The notes beneath the pieces are model-generated. The model was not told the DNA's origin and did no database searches. It was given only the letters and a program-made list of their open reading frames with translations. Positions 1 through 10,100 of a stretch of 58,400 nt of DNA are shown here, piece by piece. The stretch's first letter is position 1; every line of letters starts with the position of its first letter. The DNA comes from an uncultured Bdellovibrionales bacterium (lineage in GTDB: Bacteria > Bdellovibrionota_C > UBA2361 > SZUA-149 > CAYMWO01), in contig CAYMWO010000002.1 in NCBI GenBank assembly GCA_964393905.1, positions 1-58,400 on the forward strand, in the 5' to 3' direction. The position numbers and the translations under genes are program-made.

Positions 1-992
1 TGGTGTGCTGAAATAGTCTTCATGCAGTGGGTATGATAGTCGCACTGCCCCTGAAAGCAGGGGAGTTTTGGACAGTCGGATTCAACCTCGAGACCCTCGC
101 CTAGGCCGTAAAAATGGAGATCGCTAACTCGCGTCGGTCCAAATAATCCGATCACGTTTTTTTTCATTGCTAAGGCGAGATGGAGTCCTAAGGAATCGTT
201 ACTAACAATTACGTGATGGTTGTGAATCCATTCAAAATACCGATTAAGGTTATCAAAGCCGTCCTGAAATGAATAAGATATGCCACGCGAATCACACAAT
301 TTAGCCAGCTCTTGCCAATGTGACTCGGGCCAGGCTTTGACCGGCCACTTGGCGCCGACAGAGATGTTAAAACCGACTGTGAGTTCGGGTGCGGTAGAGA
401 ATTGAGCCGCCTTTGGCAATGCATACGGCTGTCCATTCCAGGGACGGCCGATGGCTTTGAAAAGATGATACTGATACGGTTTGTGATCGATTGTAGAGAT
501 TGGCAGTGAGTAGATGCTTCTGTCTCTTGCTCCAATTTGTACGAGCTCCGAAGCGTCCTGAGAGATTTTGGATTTACCTGAACCGTTCATCGCGTTAGGG
601 CTAGCTAAGCTCTGAGCCAAACCATTTACTGGCAATTGACCGGGAGTACTTTTCTTGGCGGTTAGAATAGGAGAGCCGGTCTTCTTGTGAAAACTCTCAA
701 CCCACTTTCCAATATCGATACAGCGCTCCAGATTAATAACGAGATCGAACCGTGACATCTCGAGCTTGGCGAGGTTAGCCGGGGTAAAGGTCAATGCCTG
801 TTTAATAAGAGGCGCCCCTGGGAGCAGAGGTAAAGCGGGTTCGGAAGTTAGCCAGGTTACATCATACGAGGAGAACTCAGAGAGGATGCAAGTGGCTCGA
901 AATACATCGCCTAAGCTCGGACTTCCCGAGGCCTCTTCCGTTAGAAACTCGGTGTAACCGGTTTTTATTATTAGTAGCTTAGGTTTGACCAT
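1..992 (-). CDS. Glycosyltransferase family 9 (heptosyltransferase-like); the 3' end runs off the window
   Basis: Hand translation of the minus strand from the ATG at 990-992 is open to position 1, which explains why it is absent from the ORF track. It begins MVKPKLLIIKTGYTEFL. VGFNISVGAKWPVKAWPESHWQELAKL and VIVSNDSLGLHLALAMKKNVIGLFGPT, plus the C-terminal CPKLPCFQGQCDYHTHCM, match GT9 (RfaF/WaaC-like) hallmarks. Confidence 0.65.
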   Translation of the reverse strand, partial: MVKPKLLIIKTGYTEFLTEEASGSPSLGDVFRATCILSEFSSYDVTWLTSEPALPLLPGAPLIKQALTFTPANLAKLEMSRFDLVINLERCIDIGKWVESFHKKTGSPILTAKKSTPGQLPVNGLAQSLASPNAMNGSGKSKISQDASELVQIGARDRSIYSLPISTIDHKPYQYHLFKAIGRPWNGQPYALPKAAQFSTAPELTVGFNISVGAKWPVKAWPESHWQELAKLCDSRGISYSFQDGFDNLNRYFEWIHNHHVIVSNDSLGLHLALAMKKNVIGLFGPTRVSDLHFYGLGEGLEVESDCPKLPCFQGQCDYHTHCMKTISAH

Positions 993-1214
993 CAGCTTAC
1001 AGATACATCCCTGTAGTAGCAGTTGAGTGAGCTTAAAAAACCTACTTCTTCGGACTCCTAAGGAATGAGATGAGTATATCTTTGTGGTAGATGCTAAAAC
1101 AAACGAAAATTACGTAGAATTAGGTGGTTATGCCACATAAAAGCGCCTAATTAGCACTCGTTAAGGTTAATGGCTGGTATTTTAAGTAGGAATTAGTCGA
1201 AAGTAGATATCCCT

Positions 1215-3194
1215 ATGACTAGCGCTAAGATTTCGAATGAGTCCGTGATGCTGCCCCAAAGCGCATCGCCAACACTCGCGATAATATCTCGCGCCTCGGA
1301 ACTAATGCAAAATCTGACATTAGTTGCTGAGACATTATTAAATCAGACATTCTCAGCTTGGGAATGGATTGTATTGGGAAGTCGTATCGAGCTTGGACAA
1401 GTTCGGTCGGGTCTTAATGAAAACAGAGAGCTAACTGAGCGATTACGTTTTATCGAAACCCCGGACTTTGAAAGTAACTTACCGCTTTTCGAGCTTGCAC
1501 TAGAAGGAACCAGCGCCCCTCAGCTGATGAGAATCGGAGCGGAAGAGCTACCCTTCTCCACCTACCTTGAGCGAGCCCTTTGGGCCTATCATTCGTTCGG
1601 ACCAAGAGCCTCAAACCTTTTCACGCCGATATGTAATAGGGAGAATTTTCTACAACTCGAAAACGTTCCTACTCTTCGAGAGATGCCGCTCGACCGGCCA
1701 CTGCCCGATAGCCAACTTAACCTACAAGAACTCTATCACCCGGAAGAAGAACTTCCTTTTTCTCTAAAAACTAGAGATTCTAAACCTCGCCTTCTAATGA
1801 TTGTTCCTTGGTTAACAATGGGAGGCTCCGATAAGTTCAATTTAGACCTAGTCGAAGAGCTAAAGCGCAACAACTGGGAGGTAACGATTGTAACTACGCT
1901 TGCCGATCCGCATAAGTGGACGGCGGAGTTTATGCGCTATACGACAGATATTCTCCCAATGTCGTTTTTCCTTCGGCCTGGGGACCAACCGAGATTTCTC
2001 CGCTACGCAATCGAGTCACGAAAACCCGATGCAGTTTTGATTTCACACACCGAGCTTGGTTACTATCTGTTGCCGTACTTAAGATTCCGTTGCCCGGGAC
2101 CGGCTTATCTAGATTATTGCCATCTCGAGGCGCTTGATTGGCTAGATGGCGGCTATCCGAACCTAGCTGTAAAGCGCGGTGGGTATTTTGACTTAAATGT
2201 AGTCTCATCCTTTCATTTGCAGAACTGGCTTGTCTCGCGTGGAGCGAAGCCAGAGCGGGTCGAAGTTGCGTATACGAATATTGATACGGAAAAATGGACT
2301 CCCAGCGCAGAGAATAGATCTCGGGTTCGAGCTGAGTTTAATGTCGCTGACGATACGCCAATTATTCTTTACGCCTGTCGGATAGTTAAACAGAAACAGC
2401 CGAAGATTTTCGCCTATGTGATGCGAGAACTTAAAAACCTAGCGATTCCTTTCCTTTGTCTCGTCAGCGGTGATGGAGAGGACCTCCCCTGGCTAGAGGC
2501 GTTTGTTCGGGAGAACGGCTTAGAGAGTCATGTCCGGCTCCTTGGTGCGAACTCTAATGAACGCGTTCAGGAATTTATGTCGGGAAGTGATATTTTCTTT
2601 CTTCCCTCGGAGTGGGAGGGCATTTCCTTAGCGATTTACGAAGCCATGTCGATGGGGCTTGCAATTGTCGGTGCTGACGTAGGTGGACAAAGCGAGTTGG
2701 TTACACCTGGTTGCGGTAGGCTTGTATCTCGCGGGGATGATATTCATGAAGTGAGAGATTACGTTCAGGCGCTGCGTGAGTTATTATCCGATATCAGAAT
2801 GTGTCGGACACTGGGGGCCTCCGCTCGCGAAAGGGTTAAAACCTGCTTCGAGCTGCGATTTTTAGGAACCAGAATGATTGACCTTATTGCTAAGGCCAAA
2901 AGCAATATTTTACGACGCGCGAACTCGACCGTATCATCTGAGATGGTGGATAGAATCATGCACCAAACGCTTGATTATGGCCGGTTATCTACGGAGATAA
3001 ATTCCTCCTTAGATCGCTTTCATCAGATGGGTCGTGATCTAGTAGCGAAAACTCAAGCGTTGCAAACTTCAGCTAACCCCTCCCAGGAAGAGATTAATCA
3101 GGCTCTTCAATTGAAATCCGATTATGAATCGCTGTTAAAGCTGCTCGAGAACAAAATTGGGGAGCGAGAGCTGATATTCCGGAAGCTTCTCTGA
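1215..3194 (+). CDS. Glycosyltransferase family 4 (GT-B) with an N-terminal extension and a helical Gln/Leu-rich C-terminal tail
   Basis: 659-aa ORF with an ATG start. It carries the EX7E-type signature FFLPSEWEGISLAIYEAMSMGLAIVGADVGGQSELV. The last ~70 residues (LQTSANPSQEEINQALQLKSDYESLLKLLENKIGERE) look coiled-coil. Confidence 0.8.
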   Translation: MTSAKISNESVMLPQSASPTLAIISRASELMQNLTLVAETLLNQTFSAWEWIVLGSRIELGQVRSGLNENRELTERLRFIETPDFESNLPLFELALEGTSAPQLMRIGAEELPFSTYLERALWAYHSFGPRASNLFTPICNRENFLQLENVPTLREMPLDRPLPDSQLNLQELYHPEEELPFSLKTRDSKPRLLMIVPWLTMGGSDKFNLDLVEELKRNNWEVTIVTTLADPHKWTAEFMRYTTDILPMSFFLRPGDQPRFLRYAIESRKPDAVLISHTELGYYLLPYLRFRCPGPAYLDYCHLEALDWLDGGYPNLAVKRGGYFDLNVVSSFHLQNWLVSRGAKPERVEVAYTNIDTEKWTPSAENRSRVRAEFNVADDTPIILYACRIVKQKQPKIFAYVMRELKNLAIPFLCLVSGDGEDLPWLEAFVRENGLESHVRLLGANSNERVQEFMSGSDIFFLPSEWEGISLAIYEAMSMGLAIVGADVGGQSELVTPGCGRLVSRGDDIHEVRDYVQALRELLSDIRMCRTLGASARERVKTCFELRFLGTRMIDLIAKAKSNILRRANSTVSSEMVDRIMHQTLDYGRLSTEINSSLDRFHQMGRDLVAKTQALQTSANPSQEEINQALQLKSDYESLLKLLENKIGERELIFRKLL

Positions 3195-3198
3195 CTAT

Positions 3199-4506
3199 TT
3201 ATAGAACACGAAAGCTATGAGACTGCTGCAAGAATGAGTTCCCATTCTGAGCTAAGCCCAGAATCAGCTCACACATGTTTTTAACCGCCTCTTGTTCGCT
3301 ATATCTCCGTGCCCCGCGAATAAAATTGAAAACTTTATCCTCTGTCTCTGACTGAAAGCTCTTGTCGCCAAGAACAGCGGACAGTTGCTTCGCTAACGCC
3401 GTGGGTGAGTCTGCCAATATCAGTCGGTCACCAATCAGCATGTCCGCTATTTCATGAGAGAAGGTTGGCATCAGGTCCAGGGCAATCACCGCCCGGGCGG
3501 CAGAGAATGCATCAAGTATCACAGTGCTGCGCTTAGATTCCACAATTGCCACATCGCACGCCGCAAGCGCCTGTTCGCGAGAACCGTTTGCGAGAATTAA
3601 ATCGTTAAACCCGAGCTCTGCTGCAATAAAAAGAAATGCATCCTCATCCTCCTTTTCCTTCATCGTTGGATGTTGGCGAAGAAGAAGTTTCACTCCTTTC
3701 CCCTGCAACTTTAATTGCATGAGCTCTGAAATGACAAGTTTGAGCGACTGCACAGATTCGTGAGCAAACATTGTCTGGGCAATGTAAAGGCTCTCTAACC
3801 AACTAGAAAAATAGAGTACGACCTTATCACTCTCTAGTAGCCCTAGCTCGTGCCTGGCCCTTTGGCGTGCTGCATCGTCGAGTCTCGCCGGGTTGGTGTT
3901 AAATGGGAGACCAGTAACGGCGATACGCATCGGGGACTCCCTAGTTTGTAGGAGAATTTCCGCGCAGAAATCATCCCCTAGACAAACAACATCAGCGGGT
4001 TCGGGATAACGAGGTTCGGGTTGAGGATAGCTACCGTGTTCTAGATGGACGGTGGGAATTGAGTGCGCCTTAGCGCATTCAATCAGAGCCTGACTCGAAT
4101 TTATCGGCGCCAATGAGCAAACAACTGCTTGAAGGTCGTAGCTTTCACGTAAATTTTCAAAGAGTAGGTAATACCGAAAGATGTCATTCAGGCTCGTTGA
4201 GGCAGCTTGATTAAGCTCTTTTACCTCTTCATCTCCGAACAGTTCGTGCTTAGGTAACTGGGGATACTTCTCGCGGAGAGCCGTGAGCACCGCCGGAAGT
4301 CGTTCAGCCACAAGCCGAGAGCTCTCTGCTCGAAGGGTGTCTGCGCTGACAACTTGGCGAAAATCTCTAAATTTATCTAGAGCTAAGCCAAACGCCTGAG
4401 GCTCGAAATCTACGAGAATAGTTCCGGGATACTTTGAGCCAAGCTCACGCAAGAATGGAGTGAAGCGCGAATAGTGGTAGGAGTATATTATTGCCGGCTT
4501 TTTCAC
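3199..4506 (-). CDS. Putative GT-B fold glycosyl- or glycerophospho-transferase-like protein (TagF/KpsS-like), function uncertain
   Basis: 435-aa ORF. Its GTG start overlaps the upstream stop (GTGA). VVLYFSSW, LLLRQHP and CDVAIVESKRSTVILDA loosely resemble TagF/capsule-type GT-B enzymes. This is motif-level evidence only. Confidence 0.35.
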   Translation of the reverse strand: MKKPAIIYSYHYSRFTPFLRELGSKYPGTILVDFEPQAFGLALDKFRDFRQVVSADTLRAESSRLVAERLPAVLTALREKYPQLPKHELFGDEEVKELNQAASTSLNDIFRYYLLFENLRESYDLQAVVCSLAPINSSQALIECAKAHSIPTVHLEHGSYPQPEPRYPEPADVVCLGDDFCAEILLQTRESPMRIAVTGLPFNTNPARLDDAARQRARHELGLLESDKVVLYFSSWLESLYIAQTMFAHESVQSLKLVISELMQLKLQGKGVKLLLRQHPTMKEKEDEDAFLFIAAELGFNDLILANGSREQALAACDVAIVESKRSTVILDAFSAARAVIALDLMPTFSHEIADMLIGDRLILADSPTALAKQLSAVLGDKSFQSETEDKVFNFIRGARRYSEQEAVKNMCELILGLAQNGNSFLQQSHSFRVL

Positions 4507-5315
4507 ACAAGCTTACCCTCGACAGTCGTGCGCTGAAGAATTCGCGGATATAGCCGCCCTAGGCAATAGCGCATAGAGAAGCTCATCATCTGCAGCAGAT
4601 TTCCGTTTCCAACCCCTAGTTGGATACCGGTGGGATTGGTGTTCCGATTGCTATTACACCAACTGACAACATCGCTATCTAAACTCAAAAGTAAGTTAGA
4701 GTCATAGGTGTTGGAGTTCTTTAACCGGTCAGCCAAATCCAGCGGATTAATTACATAAGGGCGCAGACAATTTGGGCACGGCGTAAGGGGAAGTCGATAC
4801 AGTGAATGGGTAACAGTGGCGGCGAAGGGCTTTTCGCACTCCTCGCAGAGAAGCTGGACCTTGATTTCAATGTAGTGGTCCCGAGCGCCGGATAGGGCAG
4901 TGAGTATCTTTGCGCGAAACAGAGAGTTCCTAGCCATTGAAAGGAGCAGTTTTCCCTGGGAGGCGCTCGTAAAGAAGCGAGCCCAGTCGGCTTTGGGGTC
5001 CGCGTCTATAACAATAGCAAAAATCTCTTGAGCTTCCGCCAGATTTCCACTGAGCGCCAGCGAAAGGCCAAAAATTCTAAAAAGTGGAATGTTATTAATC
5101 TGTCCGGCATTACACAGATCGATCGCCAACTCCCGCGCCGAGGTGTAGCTACCGGAGAGAAAGAAATACTTACAGGCCTGAAAGAAACTTTCATTATCGA
5201 CCCCTGTCTGCGCTATATGCAGACTCAAAACAGCAGCCTCATCGTAGCGCTGATTTGCTGCATGGGAGGCTATTCGGTCTTTAATCAGAGCAAGCTGTGG
5301 TGGACTAAAGTTCAC
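4503..5315 (-). CDS. Hypothetical protein with TPR-like N-terminus and a CxxC...CxxC zinc-ribbon-like element
   Basis: The ORF track calls 4503..5339 from a TTG. I prefer the GTG at 5313-5315, which has AGGAG 7 nt upstream. It contains CEECEKPF...CPNC. The stop overlaps the next gene's start. Confidence 0.4.
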   Translation of the reverse strand: MNFSPPQLALIKDRIASHAANQRYDEAAVLSLHIAQTGVDNESFFQACKYFFLSGSYTSARELAIDLCNAGQINNIPLFRIFGLSLALSGNLAEAQEIFAIVIDADPKADWARFFTSASQGKLLLSMARNSLFRAKILTALSGARDHYIEIKVQLLCEECEKPFAATVTHSLYRLPLTPCPNCLRPYVINPLDLADRLKNSNTYDSNLLLSLDSDVVSWCNSNRNTNPTGIQLGVGNGNLLQMMSFSMRYCLGRLYPRILQRTTVEGKLV

Positions 5316-6348
5316 GAATATACTCCTCGCACGGAACAAAATCCGGTGTTAGTGGAGTCTCCCTTTGATTATAGAACAACACTGCGCGTGAACTTGTAGA
5401 AGTTAGTAGCTGATAAAGCTCCCGCTTTAAGCGAAGCTCTTCAGTAATTACCGGTTCGACTATCTCCCTAGTGCCGAGAATAAAAACTCCCCGTAATCGC
5501 TTTTTTTCTTGGTCAACCAGCGCGGTGCTGCGTTGAATCATTAGCTGACTTGTCGGCGAAACGAGCTTGAGGGCATCGAGAAACTCTCTAAGTGGTGTAA
5601 ACGCAACCTGCTTGCCGGTGCCTAGAGTCTCTAATTGCTCCGATGTGAGAGAAAATGAATAATCGAATAGGGCTACCCTGGCAGTAGTGAGTGCTTGTGC
5701 GAGGTCTTTTGTGCCTTTGCAGGCATAGAGCAGACTTACCCCCTTGGCAAAAAACACATCTAGCTTTTTCGGCAATAAAGAGAGCTTGGTATATGGAGTG
5801 ACCTGAAGTTCGGGGTGCAGCTCTACGGCGACCTTGTTGAGAAAATCAGAGATATCAACGCCGTAGTAAATGACATCCTTTAAGTTCAGCGTCGAAAACT
5901 CTCGGTAAAATCTCCGCCCTAACCGCTGAATGAACTCCATCCCCTCAATGCACCCCATCAAAGTGCTTCCAAGCTCAACGTAGGATACCGGCTCTGGCCC
6001 CTTGATGCTTCTTGTAACATGGAGTGCCGCGAGTTTAGAGAACGAGTTGTAAAGATCCTTGGTGAATATTTCCCGTCCAAAAATCTCAAGTTGTTCGTCT
6101 GGAGAGAGAGTTTGCGAATTACGGATTAGTTCGCGAAGGACGATAATGTCTTTAAGATAGCGAGCCACCATGAAAAAATCATAGGCTTCCTGGTGTTCTC
6201 GCCGGTCCCAAACAGAGTTATGAAGGGTTTGAGGGTTTTGCGAACCAAATTCCAGATAAGTGACAGCTTCTGGGGAATCGCTGTTGTAGAATTTTTTTGC
6301 GTCCTGACTCACTGGGTGTTGTAGATTTTTAGCAGATCTTTCGTACAA
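5305..6348 (-). CDS. Hypothetical protein, possibly a class I methyltransferase-like fold
   Basis: 347-aa ORF. The TTG start as tracked overlaps the upstream stop by 20 nt, and the GTG at 6310-6312 is an alternative. YVELGSTLMGCIEG and YYGVDISDF weakly resemble SAM-binding motifs. Confidence 0.3.
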   Translation of the reverse strand: MYERSAKNLQHPVSQDAKKFYNSDSPEAVTYLEFGSQNPQTLHNSVWDRREHQEAYDFFMVARYLKDIIVLRELIRNSQTLSPDEQLEIFGREIFTKDLYNSFSKLAALHVTRSIKGPEPVSYVELGSTLMGCIEGMEFIQRLGRRFYREFSTLNLKDVIYYGVDISDFLNKVAVELHPELQVTPYTKLSLLPKKLDVFFAKGVSLLYACKGTKDLAQALTTARVALFDYSFSLTSEQLETLGTGKQVAFTPLREFLDALKLVSPTSQLMIQRSTALVDQEKKRLRGVFILGTREIVEPVITEELRLKRELYQLLTSTSSRAVLFYNQRETPLTPDFVPCEEYIREL

Positions 6349-7015
6349 GGATAAAGGCCTCAGCGGCCGGCAACCCTGCAGTTACGCCCCAACGCTGGGC
6401 AATGATTCTCAGCGCCTCCGGCGAGCGAGGGTGTGGAAATGCCGCGGTCTCCGATTCGTAGAGATCCATCGCCTTAATTTTCTTTTCGACTGTATTAGTT
6501 ACGTCCACAAAGACATTTGGCCGGAACGAAGCGCCGGAATTAGCGGGCGAAATCCAATCGGTCGAAGAGGGTGTTTCGAAGGCGTAAATCTCCTTAACTC
6601 CCTTATCTCCTATCGGGCGGCAGGCAGTCAGCACGGCTTGGAAAGTCACACGGTGATCGATATTTAAGTCCCCCTCGAAATGCGTATAAATTATATCAGG
6701 CCGCACCTCTTTAATGGTTCGCTCTACAGCCTTTACGACATCCAGGAGATCCATGCCGTCAAAACGATTATCCGGAAAGTTAAGATGCCAATACTTTTTG
6801 AAGCCCATAAACTTGCAGACGCTGGTGTAGCAGCCGTCTAGCTTTTCGAGATCTGCCTTCGGAGCCAGTTCTCTCCTTTCATAACGGGAGGTAATGCCCT
6901 CTCCAAGTACTAGGGAGTAGACTTCGTCGCCTGCGGCGATATGATTTAAAGCTGTGCCGCCGCAGCCTAGTATTTCGTCATCTGGGTGTGCTGCAACTAT
7001 TAAAATTCGAGACAT
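6329..7015 (-). CDS. PIG-L/LmbE family N-acetylsugar deacetylase
   Basis: 228 aa. It has the AHPDDEILGCGG and NIDHRV zinc-site motifs typical of PIG-L family deacetylases. Confidence 0.85.
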   Translation of the reverse strand: MSRILIVAAHPDDEILGCGGTALNHIAAGDEVYSLVLGEGITSRYERRELAPKADLEKLDGCYTSVCKFMGFKKYWHLNFPDNRFDGMDLLDVVKAVERTIKEVRPDIIYTHFEGDLNIDHRVTFQAVLTACRPIGDKGVKEIYAFETPSSTDWISPANSGASFRPNVFVDVTNTVEKKIKAMDLYESETAAFPHPRSPEALRIIAQRWGVTAGLPAAEAFILVRKIC

Positions 7016-7107
7016 TTATCTGCACCTTGGTTGGGTTAAGTTTACGGTTGCAGCCTAGCACAGTCATGAAGCGGTGTTAATAAAGAGAATTAACGAAAAA
7101 TTGATTA

Positions 7108-10100
7108 TTAGGCGATTAATGTCGGCAACTGCAGACAGGTTTCAAGCCATTCGGGTCGCACGGATTGGACAATTCCCCTTGTGGCGGATAGCTGACATTT
7201 GGAATAGCCCATTCCGGCGAGGGCTTTTTCTAGGTCATAGAAGCTGTGTTGAATAAGATCGGAAAAGCCCTGGTCCTCAACCGTAATATTCAGCAGCAAT
7301 TCATTTAATGAGTGGGCAAAGTCGACCTGCACTGCACCGGCTTCTGGTAAGGTTACGGTGAAGGAAATTCGCCTAAACGGTTCGCGTTTACCGTCTTTGT
7401 CGTCTTGGTTAGATTCGTTATCCGCGCTATCGGACTCTTCGTTTTGACCGGTTCTGGTCTCGGTCTGCTTGCCGCGACTCTCCGTATTCGGCACCCCGGC
7501 CGGGAAGAACGACATCTCTAATTTAGAAAGGATGCCTTGCACTAGATGCGGGAAAAGCATAAACGCTGGCTCTCCGGCGGCCTGCATGATGGGGTTAAGT
7601 TGGTTAATAAACTCCTGCCCGCGAATTAAATTCCCTAGGCTCTTTAGTGCAGTTAGATTTTGCGCAAGCTGAGTCGGGTCGCCATTGCTGCCACTTCCGA
7701 AGCGGTTTGAGAGATCCGTGAGCGAACTTTGCAGTCGGTCAATATCGATAGTTGTATTCTTCGCAGCACTCCCCCCACGCTCTATCTGGCTTAGCAGTTT
7801 GCGAGCGGTTTCGGCGAGCTGTTGATCTCCAGCACTACTCTTCTCGGGGCCGGATTCGATGCGTTTTAATAGCTGAGTAAGGTTTGCGAGAGCCTGCTCG
7901 TGCGAGGGCGCGGCGGCAACTCGTTCGCGGCTGGGCGTTGAAATATTTGCGATATGGGTTGACTGGGGTGCTGGTGACAAGGATGCCCGGAATTGTAAAT
8001 TCTCGCTAATATCCTCAGCCATTGTGGAAGACAGCTCGGAAAAGCGTGCTGTGTCAGCGAGCATTAGCTGTTTATCAATGATGTTTGCCCCAACGGCTCG
8101 GAGCTTTTGCTCGAGAGACCTGAGCCCGTCGGTGACTTTCTTTAGTGTTTCAGAAGTTGTTGCGGATTCAGGGGTTCGGTCGGTTACCTGAGTAGTAGTG
8201 TGCCCGTCATCTAGGCTCTCCGAGACTCGCTGCACATCGTCAAATAGGTTCTTGATTCCCATGAACATCTTACCCGGGGAGAGCCGGTCGGGAGATTTGG
8301 GGTCAATGAGCTGCTGAAATGAAAGCTCGGCCGATTTAATGAAAGCTTCGAGCTTTGCCGAAAGAGTTTGTGGCAAACCGACGCTGAGACCCTTAAGAGT
8401 CTCAAAGCTTGCTAGTAGTTCATCTAAAGTTGGGACCGCAATAGTAGGCGCCCCGGTTCCAGGGGTGATATTAGTTGGCGGAACCAACTGCGCTGGTGCG
8501 GTTAGTATTGGGTTGCTTGACTCCAGTAATAACGAGCGAATTTGCACTGTGATGCTTTTTAGCGAATTTTGCACGGCTCGTGGTTGGTCGGCTCCCAGAA
8601 GGGTAGGCTGAGGTAGCGGAACATCTGGTGACTTGGCAAATGTCTGGTAGATTCGATTTAGTGAGGTAGAAAGAGCAGTTTTTATCGCCCCTTCGCTAGA
8701 ACCGTCCTTAATTGAGCCAAGCAGGGTCCTTACCTCTCGCACCGCCAGAAGTTTCTCCGGCCCACTTTTCTCAAGCTCGTCAGTAGAGAGCTTCTCTGCT
8801 GATTGCGCGAGCTGGAGTAGCTGTGCCAAAGGCGCTTTCTTGTCGATGTAATTTTGAAGCTGCTCTCGTAATCGGGAGATGACTTCCTTGATGTTTTGAG
8901 AGCCCTCGGCAGAACTCCGTGCCGGAATATCTAGCTTGCGGGAAACTGCTTCTAGTTGTGTTGAGAACTCAACTAATTTTGTGAGCGACTCCTCGTCTGG
9001 ATTCTGCTCTGGCGGAATGGATAGAAGAGTGTTTTCTAAGCCCTTCGTGAGAATAGTCAGCTGCTTTTTTACATCTAGGGAATCTTTGAGCGCGGACTCT
9101 AGAAGATCAACGCTCTTGATTAAGGACTCTAATGCCTGAGGGTGAACCTGAGTTTGAATTCGAAGTTGTTCCTGCGGACGAACCTGAGGGTAAAGTTGGG
9201 GCAGCAATTTGGGCAAGGACTCACCCTCCGCAAGCAGCTCCCTTAGTTGAGACTCTCTACCGGTAATGGACTCCATGTGGTCCTTAACAAACTGAGTCAA
9301 GGCATTAGTCGAGGATGTGCGCGTTGGAGTAGAGGGTGGGGTAGCGGACAGTTCAGGCTTTTCTACTAACTTATCTCCTAATCCCCCAAGCAGTGTAAGT
9401 AACCTAGAGACATTATCGGCCGAGCTCTGGGCCTGTTTTGCATTGGGCGGTGAAGCTAACGCTTTAAGGTTAAGCTCTAGTTGTTGGAGCCTGGTTGATA
9501 TCTCAGGACCAAGCGTATTCTGCAGAGAGTTTGGGTGGTCAGCAGCTATATCCGTTAAGGTGTTAGCTAGTTCGGTCAGAGCCTTTGCCGCAATTGAAGA
9601 GAGCTTTTCGGCTGGGCTTGTTGTCTGAGCTGGGGCTGGAAGTGGAACAGCTTTTAATGCCTGCTTTAAGCCATCAATAAACTCTAGTAGTAGCTCCTCT
9701 GCCTTCGGCGAGCGTGAGCTAAAAGCTGTGTTTATCTGAGTGACTGTTTGAAGTAAGCCTTTAGTGCTGATTGCAGTTTGCTGGTTACTATCTGAGTTAC
9801 TACTCGATAGGGCGACAGTCATCTGTTCAACTAACTGTTGAATTACCAGTTGATACTTGGCGGAAAAGGCTTGATTGCTTCTTGTGTCGACGGAAAAAGA
9901 AGCTGGCGTTGCGGGTTGAAACTCGGGAATCGTAGCCGTGCCGAACCGTAGTAGAACCTTGTCAAGACTCTCGGAGAGCACCTTTTGTACCTGTTTGTCT
10001 TCCAGCGGAAGCTTACTCACGGCAGTTGTGCGGAGAATAAGTTCATCAAAGAACCTTGCGGTGTCAGCCGAGACAGAGCTCTGAAATGTTGCAAACGTGG

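Noticed and set aside
209-957. Track ORFs 209..535 (minus strand) and 766..957 (plus strand).
   Set aside because: Both lie within, or out of frame with, the GT9 gene. That gene translates cleanly from the ATG at 992 to the window edge and carries family motifs.
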